64,000 bases of DNA, taken from positions 1-64,000 of the IMG/VR virus record IMGVR_UViG_3300042402_003259; one strand, written 5' to 3'. The notes under the pieces were generated by a model, which did no database searches, was not told the origin of the DNA, and saw only the letters and a list, made by a program, of their open reading frames with translations. The position numbers and the translations under genes were made by a program. The stretch is from a virus. Below, one piece after another: positions 38,815 through 48,926 of the stretch (its first letter is position 1; every line of letters begins with the position of its first letter).

Positions 38815-39126
38815 ATTTTTTATTGTGATGTATAACTAAAACGAACGAAGTGAACATTATTATTAATAGTAGCACTAATTTTAATTTTCATATTCGCAAT
38901 TATTTACGCGAGATCACCTTAGCAGGTTTTTCGAGGCTGTCAAGAGGTTTTTCAAAAATTTCCAAGCTCGTCGATCATTTTCACCTCAAGGGTTAATCTA
39001 TTTTTTAGTGCCATCAATTGTTTCAAATATTTAGTTCTTTGTTTATCATTTTTTGCATTTGTTATTTTATAAATAACTTTATCAACCTCTTTGTTAAAAA
39101 ATGCAGCAGAATCTTCCATGATTTGT

Positions 39127-39645
39127 TTATGATTCAACATAGAGGGAATTTAAAAAATCTTGATCCTTTTTGTTCCAGTACAAGATCTTTTTGATATTCT
39201 TATTATCCATTTGAATGCAATTTATTCCATAAAATTTAAAGATTTCTTGGTATTTCAAATCGGGTTGCTGGTCTGAGCCTTTTAGATATTGCTGAATAAA
39301 ATAAACGCTCTTTATTTTTGAGGCAGCGATTGTTTTGGCGCAATGAATGCATGGACTATAAACCATGCAAGCGTAATAAGCTTGTCGCGAAGAATATAAA
39401 ATAGCATTAATTTCTGCATGATTAATTAAGCAAGACTTCGTTTCGCGATCTTTAAATACCGTTTCTTTGGGTAAAAAGCCGGGGCCGAATCCGTTAAACC
39501 CAGTAGAAACTGTTCTCCACTCTTCATCAAATAAGGCAACGCCTACTTGAGTGTGTGGGTCTTCTGAACGTGATCTAGCTGACAAAGCTAGATAACAACC
39601 GTATTCAGGTTTACTTAGTCTCGGTGTGTTCGGGTTGAAACTCAT
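39127..39645 (-). CDS. dCMP deaminase
   Basis: RSEDPHTQVG, GFNG, HAEINA, PCIHC. Confidence 0.92.
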   Translation of the reverse strand: MSFNPNTPRLSKPEYGCYLALSARSRSEDPHTQVGVALFDEEWRTVSTGFNGFGPGFLPKETVFKDRETKSCLINHAEINAILYSSRQAYYACMVYSPCIHCAKTIAASKIKSVYFIQQYLKGSDQQPDLKYQEIFKFYGINCIQMDNKNIKKILYWNKKDQDFLNSLYVES

Positions 39646-40270
39646 AGTACATTAATTCTGCGTCTCCTGCGGTCCATTTGTGAGCTAGACCTTCACAAGA
39701 AAATTCTTTTGAGAATGGTTTCCAAGTCTTCGATTCGGGTGGTAGTTTGCTTGAAATCCAAGCTCCGCTGTCTCTGAAAATTATTCTATTGTTTGGTTGG
39801 GCGAACATTTGTCCTCCTTCGCCCCAAAAAACATGAGCGCATTTGTGTCCAGCGGCTATTTCAGAATAACCCAGATTATAATCTTCTGAATTGCACCAAT
39901 CAATTGTGAACAAATATTTTCCAACGTGCATTTTTTTATCTTTTAAATAAATATATGCACTTCCATTTTTTAAATAGTCAAATCTTTGAACTGTAAAATA
40001 ATAACTAAAACTGTCCCATAGCTGAAGCCAGTCTAGTGTATATTTGGTGCTGGGTTGTTCACTATTGGAGAGATAGTGAATAGGCACTCTAGCAAATTGT
40101 GCGCCGTATTCACTCATTACATTGAACATCAAACACCTTTTAGGGATAGAAACGACTGAAAATATTTCTACAGGAATAAATTTTTCAGATGTTCGCGGCA
40201 TCTGATCGTGTAGAAAAGAAGTATCTAAATATCCTATTTGTACTGGTATATTTGTCGATAGATAGCTCAC
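39611..40270 (-). CDS. conserved phage hypothetical protein
   Basis: YLFTIDW...E...HKCAH...AQPNNRI motif. Confidence 0.75.
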   Translation of the reverse strand: MSYLSTNIPVQIGYLDTSFLHDQMPRTSEKFIPVEIFSVVSIPKRCLMFNVMSEYGAQFARVPIHYLSNSEQPSTKYTLDWLQLWDSFSYYFTVQRFDYLKNGSAYIYLKDKKMHVGKYLFTIDWCNSEDYNLGYSEIAAGHKCAHVFWGEGGQMFAQPNNRIIFRDSGAWISSKLPPESKTWKPFSKEFSCEGLAHKWTAGDAELMYYEFQPEHTETK

Positions 40271-40451
40271 TATTCACCTTTTAAAAATGTTTCTTTCAAT
40301 TCTGTAATAGCCTTTAACATACTATCAAGAGTAGCTATTCTATTTGCATAAAGATTTTCTGTCTTTATCTGTTCTTCTTTAATTAGCTTTTCTAACTCTT
40401 TGATTCTTTTTAAAGTTTTTACTGGTTTAGTTCTTTCGAATTCAGAGACGT

Positions 40452-41045
40452 TCATAGTTTTTTATATATAAAATATTTCTGCCATTCTTGTCTATTATTA
40501 ATCGGCCTGTTTGGAAGAACAGGGATAGGCATTGGAACAGATTTTATATCGCGATTCTTGATATCAAAGAATGGATACATATCTTTCTTAATCTGATTAC
40601 ACCGCGCACAAGTGAGTGTGATGTTTTCAATTTCTTTGGTTCCACCTTTGGAGCGAGGGAAAATATGTTCGACTGTCATGTCCTTTTTGTCAAACTTTTC
40701 GTGACAAATTTGGCAAGTATTATCGAAGATCATGCATAATTTCTGCAAGCTTAGAGTGCGAGGCAGTCTTTTTCTCTTAGAATAAAAAGACGCTTTGATA
40801 ACAGCAGTAGTTGGTAGAAACCAAATTCTATCTTTAGAAGTCAAGAACGGCTGATCTTCATGAAAATTGATTCCCTGATTAGAAAACCATTGAAGATTAT
40901 TATCTATAAGATTCTCGCTTGCATCAAAGCATTTAATATTATTCTTTATCAAATGTAAGAATGTCGCCCTGCCTGTTAAAAAAGTATAAGGCATGAACGA
41001 AGAATCTAAAAGTAAAGTGGTTATTTGATTAGAATAACTCGACAT
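40452..41045 (-). CDS. HNH endonuclease
   Basis: CQIC...TVEHIFPRSKGG....N....C..CN. Confidence 0.88.
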   Translation of the reverse strand: MSSYSNQITTLLLDSSFMPYTFLTGRATFLHLIKNNIKCFDASENLIDNNLQWFSNQGINFHEDQPFLTSKDRIWFLPTTAVIKASFYSKRKRLPRTLSLQKLCMIFDNTCQICHEKFDKKDMTVEHIFPRSKGGTKEIENITLTCARCNQIKKDMYPFFDIKNRDIKSVPMPIPVLPNRPINNRQEWQKYFIYKKL

Positions 41046-41088
41046 TGTTCGACGATAACAGAAAAATATCGGATGTCAACACAAAAAA

Positions 41089-41110
41089 ACCGCCAACTTT
41101 CGTTGGCGGT
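41089..41110 (-). terminator. intrinsic terminator
   Basis: ACCGCCAAC-GAAA-GTTGGCGGT followed by T-tract. Confidence 0.8.
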
Positions 41111-41135
41111 ATATTTGACTAAATATCGTTCACTA

Positions 41136-41840
41136 TTAGAAGTTCCAGCGAACACCAGCGACAGCAACGATGTCGCCGCTAAACTCTTGCGAAGCGAACT
41201 TGTACTTTGAAGCTGAGAAGTTGTTGTCATACCAACCGACTTCAGCATAAGGCTGCAAGTGGTTGAAGAAAGTGCGAGATACGCCGATCTTTGCCGCGAC
41301 AACATCATAATCAGTGAACTTACCATACTCTATTGCTGGAGTAACAGTGACCCATCCAAATACATCGGTTGGGCGTTCAACGCCAACGATATAACCAGAT
41401 TGCTTTAGATTGAAATCATGTGAACCACGAATATAAGGAGTTAGATATGGATTGACCAAAGCAATCTTTGGGGCTAGTTCGATAGAATTACGACCACCAA
41501 CAATTGAGCTTTGATGGCGTAGCAATTGTAGATCGCCACGAAGAGAAAACTTCTCGGTAATCTTTAGAGCCTTGCCTACACCTACATTCCAGTGAGATTC
41601 ATCGATGCTGTTAGAATCAGGAAGAATAACACCACCGACATAACCATCTACGCCAAAATAAGTTGATCCAATATCAAAACCAGCGAAACCTTGTCCGCTA
41701 GTCTTGGCTAGACCATTTACGATGTAGTGGTTGTTGTAGCCAGCATTAATACTGGCGCGAACTGAAGACTCAGTATCCGCAGCAAAAACTGCGACTGAGG
41801 CTAGAATTGACACGATGAATAACTTAAATGATTTAATCAT
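41136..41840 (-). CDS. outer-membrane beta-barrel protein
   Basis: Signal peptide (AVFA), alternating beta strands, C-terminal GVRWNF BAM signal. Confidence 0.85.
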   Translation of the reverse strand: MIKSFKLFIVSILASVAVFAADTESSVRASINAGYNNHYIVNGLAKTSGQGFAGFDIGSTYFGVDGYVGGVILPDSNSIDESHWNVGVGKALKITEKFSLRGDLQLLRHQSSIVGGRNSIELAPKIALVNPYLTPYIRGSHDFNLKQSGYIVGVERPTDVFGWVTVTPAIEYGKFTDYDVVAAKIGVSRTFFNHLQPYAEVGWYDNNFSASKYKFASQEFSGDIVAVAGVRWNF

Positions 41841-41873
41841 AGGTATATAATCTTACACAGATTCTGCGCCTTG

Positions 41874-42473
41874 TCAACAAGTTTTTTCAGAGTCTTCTAG
41901 CTCTCTAATATTTATTAATTTACCGACATATTTACCATCTTCTTGTCTGACTGCTATACATTTTGCACTGAAAGATCTATTTTTACTATCTACAATTATT
42001 ATTTCGTGTTCAAAGTTTCTTTTATTTTCTATTGCTATTTGCCAGCTTTCATTTATTTCTGTTCTAGTATTTTCGCAAAGAGCATTGATCCAATTATTGT
42101 TTTCTAAATCTTTAAATAATCTATCAGTCAAACGTATCATTGCGCTATTCGCCCAAGTAAAATTTCCGTTTTCATCTGTTTCAAATATCGGTTCTTCTCT
42201 ATTATCTAATATCCATCTTTGTCGATAAAGAATTGTTTTAGTGGATAATTGAAGATCATTCATTTGATCTTTCAAGCTTTTACCGCCATTTGGTTTTAGT
42301 TCTTTAGAAATGTGTGATATTTCATTTTTAAGAACCGCTATATCCGTAGTAATTGTTGTGAAAGGATGCAATTTTTTTAAAACATAAAACATATATCCGC
42401 AAAATGCTGTAATTACAACAATTGACGAGTTTATTTTATTTATAGTTTCAATAATTTCTTTTAGCGTATCCAT
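41874..42473 (-). CDS. membrane-anchored PAS-domain protein
   Basis: N-terminal TM, PNGGKSLKD linker, PIFETDENGNFTWAN...W PAS motif. Confidence 0.8.
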   Translation of the reverse strand: MDTLKEIIETINKINSSIVVITAFCGYMFYVLKKLHPFTTITTDIAVLKNEISHISKELKPNGGKSLKDQMNDLQLSTKTILYRQRWILDNREEPIFETDENGNFTWANSAMIRLTDRLFKDLENNNWINALCENTRTEINESWQIAIENKRNFEHEIIIVDSKNRSFSAKCIAVRQEDGKYVGKLINIRELEDSEKTC

Positions 42474-42500
42474 AATTTAATATTATGATTTTACACCGTT

Positions 42501-44267
42501 TTAAACATTAGTAGAATCACTTTTTTTAACTCTTGAAGATGGAAAACTTTTATTTCCAAAATCAGAACTATATAAACTATATAATCTCATTACGACTCCA
42601 TGTTTAACAATAACGTCGCCAAGATCTTCTACTAAAACATAATTAGGTCTATCATATTTAGCCATAACGTCAGAGCTAACTAATAAATGATTGCTTTCAC
42701 CTGCATCCATAACTCTTTGAGCATAATTGATTCCATCGCCGCTTATATTTAAGTTACCGTTGATGTCTTCTAATGGACAAACATCGCCGCAGTGAACGCC
42801 CATTCTCATTTGTAGATCTTCTCTATTTTTTACAGCTTTTGCTACAGTAATGCCACAATTAATAGCATCTTCAAGATAAGTAAAGAATCCAAGAATCATG
42901 CCATCGCCTGTTGGTAAAACAATTAATTTTTCAAGAGCGTTGGCGGTTTTAAATTGGATGGTTGATTTGACTATTTCTCCTAAATCTTTAAATACTTTTC
43001 TTTGTTCATCAGTTGTTTTTTTACTGTATCCAACAATATCCATGAAAAATATATAGCCATCTTGTATTTTATCCAATTCAAGGCGACTAGATTTAACTTC
43101 AGCATCAATCGCCGCAACTTGATTTATTATTTTCTTAGGTGCTTTTGGTGCTTCAACTTTTTTAATCTCTTCGACTTTCTTTTCTTCGACTGGTTTGTTT
43201 TTGCTTTTTAAAAATTCTTTCCAACTAATGGTCTTTTTATCTTTTTTCTTTGGGTCTTTTGCGACTTCTTCTTCATGTATCTTTTTTAACTTAACTTCTT
43301 CTTCATTTCTTTTATCAATGTAAGCTTGCATTTGCTTTTTAAATTCTTCACTGATATGGATTGTAACGTCTTTGCCGCCACCTCCATTGTCGATTTTTTT
43401 CTTTCTTGCTGCTCCTTTTAATTGAAGCAGTGTTTGCATTTTAATATTACCAGTTTTAAAAGCTAAATCTAAAGGAGCGATTTCACCTTTAAAGTCTGCA
43501 CCATTAACATTAGCTCCTAGACAGATCAAAAATTCAACCATTTCAATATCATTAGCATTAACTGCATAATGAATTGGCATCCATCCATTTTTATCATCGC
43601 GACCATTTATACGGCCATCAATATCAAAATACTTTTGAACTCCTTCGAAGTCTCCCGTTTCAGCGCAAAAATGAATACTTGAGCCACCAGAAGACTTTGC
43701 TCCTGCTTTAGTTAGTATTCTTACTATTTCTCCTCTATTGCCTAAAGCTAATACGTCTATTGGATTATTCTTGCCTAAGAAGTCTTTAGCGTTAACATCT
43801 GCGCCTCTGAGTAATAAGTATTCTACAAGATGTTTTTGTCCGTAATGAACTGCATAATGCATAGCAGTCCAACCTTTTGCCGCATCTACTTCATTTAAAG
43901 TATTTCCTTTGTTCAACATTTCTTCAACAGAAACTATATCTCCATTTTTAGCAGCTAAATGAAAACTACTACCGCTTCCGTATTTTGCACCACGTTTTTG
44001 AAGAACATCAACAATAGATAAAAAACCTTTTTGTTCTGCAATATCAAGTGCTGTGTTTTTACTTGTCCAGTCTTTGCAGTTAACGTCAGCACCATGATTT
44101 AATAGTAATTCGACAATCTCTTTATTATTCTCTGATACGGCAGCTATGAGAGGGGGATTTCCAGTGTCCTCGTCTCTTTCATTTATATTTACCTTATCTT
44201 TTACTATGCAATTATAAACATTATCGTATAAATTGCGACGGATATGAGTAAAAATATTTATTGCCAT
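42501..44267 (-). CDS. ankyrin-repeat / class III nucleotide cyclase fusion
   Basis: Ankyrin repeats (GADVN, GW..(M/I)HYAV); FMDIVGYS, TGDG, RMGVHCG, GDGINYAQR. Confidence 0.9.
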   Translation of the reverse strand: MAINIFTHIRRNLYDNVYNCIVKDKVNINERDEDTGNPPLIAAVSENNKEIVELLLNHGADVNCKDWTSKNTALDIAEQKGFLSIVDVLQKRGAKYGSGSSFHLAAKNGDIVSVEEMLNKGNTLNEVDAAKGWTAMHYAVHYGQKHLVEYLLLRGADVNAKDFLGKNNPIDVLALGNRGEIVRILTKAGAKSSGGSSIHFCAETGDFEGVQKYFDIDGRINGRDDKNGWMPIHYAVNANDIEMVEFLICLGANVNGADFKGEIAPLDLAFKTGNIKMQTLLQLKGAARKKKIDNGGGGKDVTIHISEEFKKQMQAYIDKRNEEEVKLKKIHEEEVAKDPKKKDKKTISWKEFLKSKNKPVEEKKVEEIKKVEAPKAPKKIINQVAAIDAEVKSSRLELDKIQDGYIFFMDIVGYSKKTTDEQRKVFKDLGEIVKSTIQFKTANALEKLIVLPTGDGMILGFFTYLEDAINCGITVAKAVKNREDLQMRMGVHCGDVCPLEDINGNLNISGDGINYAQRVMDAGESNHLLVSSDVMAKYDRPNYVLVEDLGDVIVKHGVVMRLYSLYSSDFGNKSFPSSRVKKSDSTNV

Positions 44268-44268
44268 T

Positions 44269-44649
44269 TTAGTCTTGCTTCTTAAATCTACTGAGATCTA
44301 AGTTAGCAAGTGGCTTTTCGATATTTAATGATGCTAGTCTTTCGTTTTGAACCACTAACTTGCTGCCGCCCAAAACCTTTCCGTCAACAACATCGTATAT
44401 GAAGAATACGGTCTTTGTTAAACCTACTCTGACTATTCTTCCAGGCTTACCATCGACATACACAACGTCATCTTCTTTATAATCATTTCCTACAAACATA
44501 AACAAAGCAGCCGCAAACTTTTCAATACTAGACTTAAACATTAAAGCTATAAGTCCCACAATAAATAACCAAACATATTTACCAGTCAAATCTTGACCAG
44601 TTGATTCTAATACTTGTTGCGATATAATCTGAACATCGTTTGTATTCAT
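44269..44649 (-). CDS. MscS-like small membrane protein (TM plus Sm-like beta domain)
   Basis: YKEDDVVYVDGKPGRIVRVGLTKT resembles MscS F..GD.I.v.g..G.V..IG...T. Confidence 0.6.
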   Translation of the reverse strand: MNTNDVQIISQQVLESTGQDLTGKYVWLFIVGLIALMFKSSIEKFAAALFMFVGNDYKEDDVVYVDGKPGRIVRVGLTKTVFFIYDVVDGKVLGGSKLVVQNERLASLNIEKPLANLDLSRFKKQD

Positions 44650-44734
44650 ATAATCAGTGTGACATAACTGATTACACTAAAATAAACCAAATAGATTTTT
44701 TTAATTCATCCGGTATTGATTAGTAATTTTCCGG

Positions 44735-45694
44735 TTATTTAGTCCACTTTTGTTCTTTTAAAATATCATCAATCAAATCTTTTTCTGGTTTATCCATTTC
44801 TTTATCAAATCTCTTTAATACTTCGGTTAATGGATATACTCTATCTGGAGATTCTTTTTGTTTTTCTTTAAGCTCTTGAATTACATCTACAATTTTAACA
44901 AGAGGAGATTTAAATTCATCGACCTTATCTTTTGTGGCAAAATTACACATTTCAAAAGCTTTGGGAGTTAAAGCCTTTAGAACTGAGATGATTGCCGATC
45001 CTAACATATTAAATATTGAAAATGCAGCACCAGCAGCAGGATGTACAGTTGCTAGAAGGCGAAGAATAACGAATACTACTACAAATACAATAATTGCAGT
45101 TAATGCGCTAAGTATAAACTTCTTTAACCCCCAAAATACTGCATTAAGACCAAACATTCCGCTCATTGAGTCTAACACAGCTTTATTTTGATCAGCTTCT
45201 TTGGCTACTTCTTTAGCTTTATCGGTTAGTTGCCAGAGTTGATCGTCGTATTTTTCATTTAATTCTGACTTTTCTTTTTGAAGTTTATTGATTATTTCAT
45301 CTCGCTGGGATAATAATTCTTCGCCTTTTTTGCGTTCTTCAGCAACTTGAGAATTTAATAGATCTACGGTGGCTTTAATTCTTTTTATTTCATCAATATG
45401 AGGTGAGCCGACAATAGAAATCACTCTTTCATTAAGAGCTTTAGCCGTATCTACTTGAACGGGCGGATTTGAAACTTGATTTAAAGAATGTTGAATGCCG
45501 ATTGAAAGCCCTGAGGTTTGAATTCTCTTGCCTTTATCGTTCTTTTCCATCTCTACTAAAGTAGTATCTACTTTTTTCTCTTCTTTAGCGATAACTTTTT
45601 GATTGTCATCAATTTGTTTCGCTGGTCTTATAGTAGAGAAGCACCCAGTAAATAAAAAAACCAATATTATTAATATTGGTAGTTTGGTTGTCAT
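44735..45694 (-). CDS. lipoprotein with coiled coil and C-terminal TM helices
   Basis: Lipobox FTG|C, long heptad region, hydrophobic stretches. Confidence 0.7.
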   Translation of the reverse strand: MTTKLPILIILVFLFTGCFSTIRPAKQIDDNQKVIAKEEKKVDTTLVEMEKNDKGKRIQTSGLSIGIQHSLNQVSNPPVQVDTAKALNERVISIVGSPHIDEIKRIKATVDLLNSQVAEERKKGEELLSQRDEIINKLQKEKSELNEKYDDQLWQLTDKAKEVAKEADQNKAVLDSMSGMFGLNAVFWGLKKFILSALTAIIVFVVVFVILRLLATVHPAAGAAFSIFNMLGSAIISVLKALTPKAFEMCNFATKDKVDEFKSPLVKIVDVIQELKEKQKESPDRVYPLTEVLKRFDKEMDKPEKDLIDDILKEQKWTK

Positions 45695-45736
45695 ATCTGT
45701 TATTACACAGATAATGATAAAAAGAAATAATTAAAA

Positions 45737-47047
45737 TTATCTGCTGATTTCTTCCCAATCTATAGAAGCGAATATATTTTGACTATTACTTCCAGCGGTA
45801 ACAGCAAGAGTAAGTTCATAAGGCGTTGAAGTTAATCCATTTCTTTCTAATTGAAATGTAAAAAGAGCTTCTTTAAGGATATCAATTGATGGAGAACCTT
45901 GATTAGAAGAGTTTATAAATCCACTGGCAAGCACTCTTCCTCCAGTAAAAGAAGTTCCACTGATATTATATTCAACAGCACTGTCAGTGCCAGCACTTAT
46001 CCAGCTACCGTCAGTAGTAGCACCAGAAGCAACTACTCGCCAACTATAATTTATACCATTACCTATACCCATCATTGAAAGCGCAGTTAAAATTACAATA
46101 CCGTCTAAAGCTGTGCTTTTTAATCTTACAGAAATCACTGGATAATAAGTTCCTGCAACTGCAAGGCTTGATGGAGTATTTATTGGAGTTGCTATTGCTT
46201 GTTGTAATCCACGAAGTTCATAACCGCCTTCTGAAATTACAGTTGAGCAAATTTGCTTAAGAGTGCTGGAGCCAGAAGTCGCAGCGGTATTTTTAATTTC
46301 ATAACGAAGCGGCAAACATGCTGTTGTAATATATGTTGAAGAAATTAAATTTGCATGGTTAAATATGTGACAAACAATAATTTGACCATTAATTATAAAT
46401 CCAGTTCTAACAGAGCCAACACCCAGCCATTCAATATCCATCCAAAAAATTTGAGCTTTAGACGTATCTAAAGTTAAACCTGAAGGGCCAGTTCCATCTA
46501 ACTTATCTCCATTCCAAGATGATTGCGATACTCTAGTTTCTGCTAGACCACCACTTACATAAGATCTTTCTACAAAATTTATAGTTGAATTATTAACTTC
46601 AAAATATATTCCATTATAATCGTTATAATATCCAGCTCTTTGACGAAGACCAGTTTTTTTAGCTTGCATTACAAACGTATTCAAAACCAACAATGATTTT
46701 CCCGGTTGATAGGAAAATACTTTGGTAGTTTCTCTTATAACTTCAGAGTTTATAGAATTATCAACAGCCAAATCTACTAAACCTTGATTTGCATTAAAAG
46801 TGGCAGAAGCAGTTCCTGTAGTCGCTGTAGTCCAAAGACCGTTGTCTTTATATCTATGAGAGCTATCAAATAAAGTTAAAGGAGTAGAGACTCTTTGGCG
46901 ACCAAAAATATCAAAAGCGGGATTTAAAATGCCGCCGCCAATAGTAAAATCAGTGTCTCTGGCAGGTCTATAGTATTGATTTATTGAATCATAAATCAAA
47001 TTAGTATTGACATTCTGCGGAAACTGAACGGCGAAATTCTGGGCCAT
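45737..47047 (-). CDS. putative virion structural protein (beta-rich)
   Basis: DIFGRQRVSTP.TLFD, YQPGKS, WLGVG.VR.G motifs seen in freshwater phage proteins; Ser/Thr/Gly-rich. Confidence 0.6.
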   Translation of the reverse strand: MAQNFAVQFPQNVNTNLIYDSINQYYRPARDTDFTIGGGILNPAFDIFGRQRVSTPLTLFDSSHRYKDNGLWTTATTGTASATFNANQGLVDLAVDNSINSEVIRETTKVFSYQPGKSLLVLNTFVMQAKKTGLRQRAGYYNDYNGIYFEVNNSTINFVERSYVSGGLAETRVSQSSWNGDKLDGTGPSGLTLDTSKAQIFWMDIEWLGVGSVRTGFIINGQIIVCHIFNHANLISSTYITTACLPLRYEIKNTAATSGSSTLKQICSTVISEGGYELRGLQQAIATPINTPSSLAVAGTYYPVISVRLKSTALDGIVILTALSMMGIGNGINYSWRVVASGATTDGSWISAGTDSAVEYNISGTSFTGGRVLASGFINSSNQGSPSIDILKEALFTFQLERNGLTSTPYELTLAVTAGSNSQNIFASIDWEEISR

Positions 47048-47381
47048 AAATATTTTTACACTTACTTTCTTCGATATACTGTATTTTCTTTAAGCACTTT
47101 ATATTTCAAAAGCTTATTTCCTTCAGCAATTTTTACATATTGATCGTCATACAATAATACTAAATCATCTTTTTTAAAACTATCTCCAACTTTAACTAAA
47201 GAATACTTTTTAATTTCTTTGTCAGTGAGGGCCGTTACATTGATTGCTCTATGTATATTTGAAGAATTATCGCTCACTATTGGAGCCTTTCTTATTCTTC
47301 TTGTTTTTCTTACGACCCCAATCTATCAAATCATGATTGTCTTTATATTGTTTACTAAAACAATTTCTTGGTTTATCGCCT

Positions 47382-47585
47382 TTACCAGCACTCATATTGG
47401 TCTTTTAGTTGTATATTTGGCTTTAGATCGTTCATTATTGCAAGTCTTTCAGACTCTTTATAAAAGGTCCAATCTCTGATTTGTTGCCAAGTTCGACCGC
47501 AGCCTACACAATGATCGTTTATTAACTTGCATTTTCTAGTGCAGGGAGTTGATATTTTAACAGCAGTGTCCTCGTTTATTATCAT
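47382..47585 (-). CDS. DUF1289 family small Cys-rich protein
   Basis: TPC...C......CVGCGRT...I..W. Confidence 0.8.
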   Translation of the reverse strand: MIINEDTAVKISTPCTRKCKLINDHCVGCGRTWQQIRDWTFYKESERLAIMNDLKPNIQLKDQYECW

Positions 47586-47758
47586 TCAGAGGTTTATACA
47601 CTGATTTTTGTTCGCGGTATTTATAAAGTTCAGCGTAAGCTTCTTGAACGTGCTTGTCTATATCTTTTACTAAATAAGGAATAGACTTATTAGAATCAAC
47701 TGTTTTAATTGATTCTATTAGTTTAGATATAATGGATTGTACTTCTTGCATTATAAAA

Positions 47759-47832
47759 TGGTTGTCCGAACAGGATTTGAACCTATACAAAGAGAGTCAA
47801 AGTCTCTTGTGCTACCATTACACCATCGGACA
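47759..47832 (-). tRNA. tRNA-Gln(UUG)
   Basis: TGTCCGA/TCGGACA, loop CTTTGAC, CCA. Confidence 0.95.
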
Positions 47833-47840
47833 ATTTAAAT

Positions 47841-47931
47841 TGGCGGTGAGAGAAGGATTTGAACCTTCGGTACTCTTTTGGAGTACGGGGCTTTAGCAAA
47901 GCCCTGCATTAGACCACTCTGCCACCTCACC
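47841..47931 (-). tRNA. tRNA-Ser(GCU)
   Basis: GGTGAGG/TCTCACC, loop TTGCTAA, long variable arm, G73, CCA. Confidence 0.95.
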
Positions 47932-48480
47932 TTAATTTTTCTATCTCAAAACATCCGTAACCAGCTTGGTGTTCGAATGTTAGTAGTCCGCATCTTTTAC
48001 TTCTTTTATTTGTGCAGACTCCGAAATCAACGTCTGCATCTCTATATTTCTGATTGTATAAAGGAATAAAATGCTTACAGCCACCGCTGCAATCGCTGTA
48101 ATTATAATCAGGATCACTGTGGCGACGTATTTTTCCTCCATAGTCAGAATAATCTGTATCTAAAACTTTACAAAGATCTAATAATTTGAGATCCCGCTTC
48201 ACTTCTTTTTTGACTTTTTAGAAGATTGAGTCGAAGTCCTTAGACCGTAATTCAAATCAATCCACGCAGTTTCTATCAATGCTTTGTCTTTCGTGAGCTT
48301 CATCTTTTCGCGCATATATTTCATAGTCCAGTTCTTCCACTTTTCATTATCTTCTGGAGTATAAGAATACTTTGTTAACCAGTTTGGAGTTTGGTTATCG
48401 CGGATATCTTCATATTTAAGATCTACATTGGCTATCTTAAATTGCTTATCTATGATTTTTTTTATGTGCTTGTCGTTCAT
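47927..48480 (-). other. hypothetical CDSs 47927-48202 and 48199-48480
   Basis: DCS.GC..F..L...D.GVC.N..S...GLLTFEHQ in the first. Confidence 0.7.
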
Positions 48481-48926
48481 TTTCCTGTTGATCCAAAGCC
48501 GCCAGCTTGTCTCAATGTATTATCTAAATTATCTACATTATTTAAAGTGGCGATATAACAAGCTTCAAAAATAATCTGAGCGATTCGATCACCTTTCTTA
48601 ACAGTGAAATCGATATTCTTATCTGTATTATAAAGAATAACTCCAATATCTCCACGATAATCAGAATCAATTACTCCAGCCAAAACATCAATACCGTTTT
48701 TATAAGCTAGACCGGAACGCGGAGCAATTCGTCCATAATAACCGGGAGTAATTTCCATTGAGACATTGGTTTTGATCAGCTTGCGAGTTCCGCAAACTAC
48801 GACCGCATCTTCTGCTGCGTATAAATCATATCCAGCAGCAAAGCTTGTTCCTTGAGTAGGAATAGTTGCGTTTTCTGAAAGCTTCTTTACGTTAATTTGT
48901 AAAATTTCTCTATACATAATTATCAC
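48477..48926 (-). CDS. dut: trimeric dUTPase
   Basis: AGYDL, PRSGLA, GVIDSDYRG, GDRIAQ, R..GGFGSTG. Confidence 0.97.
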   Translation of the reverse strand: MIIMYREILQINVKKLSENATIPTQGTSFAAGYDLYAAEDAVVVCGTRKLIKTNVSMEITPGYYGRIAPRSGLAYKNGIDVLAGVIDSDYRGDIGVILYNTDKNIDFTVKKGDRIAQIIFEACYIATLNNVDNLDNTLRQAGGFGSTGK

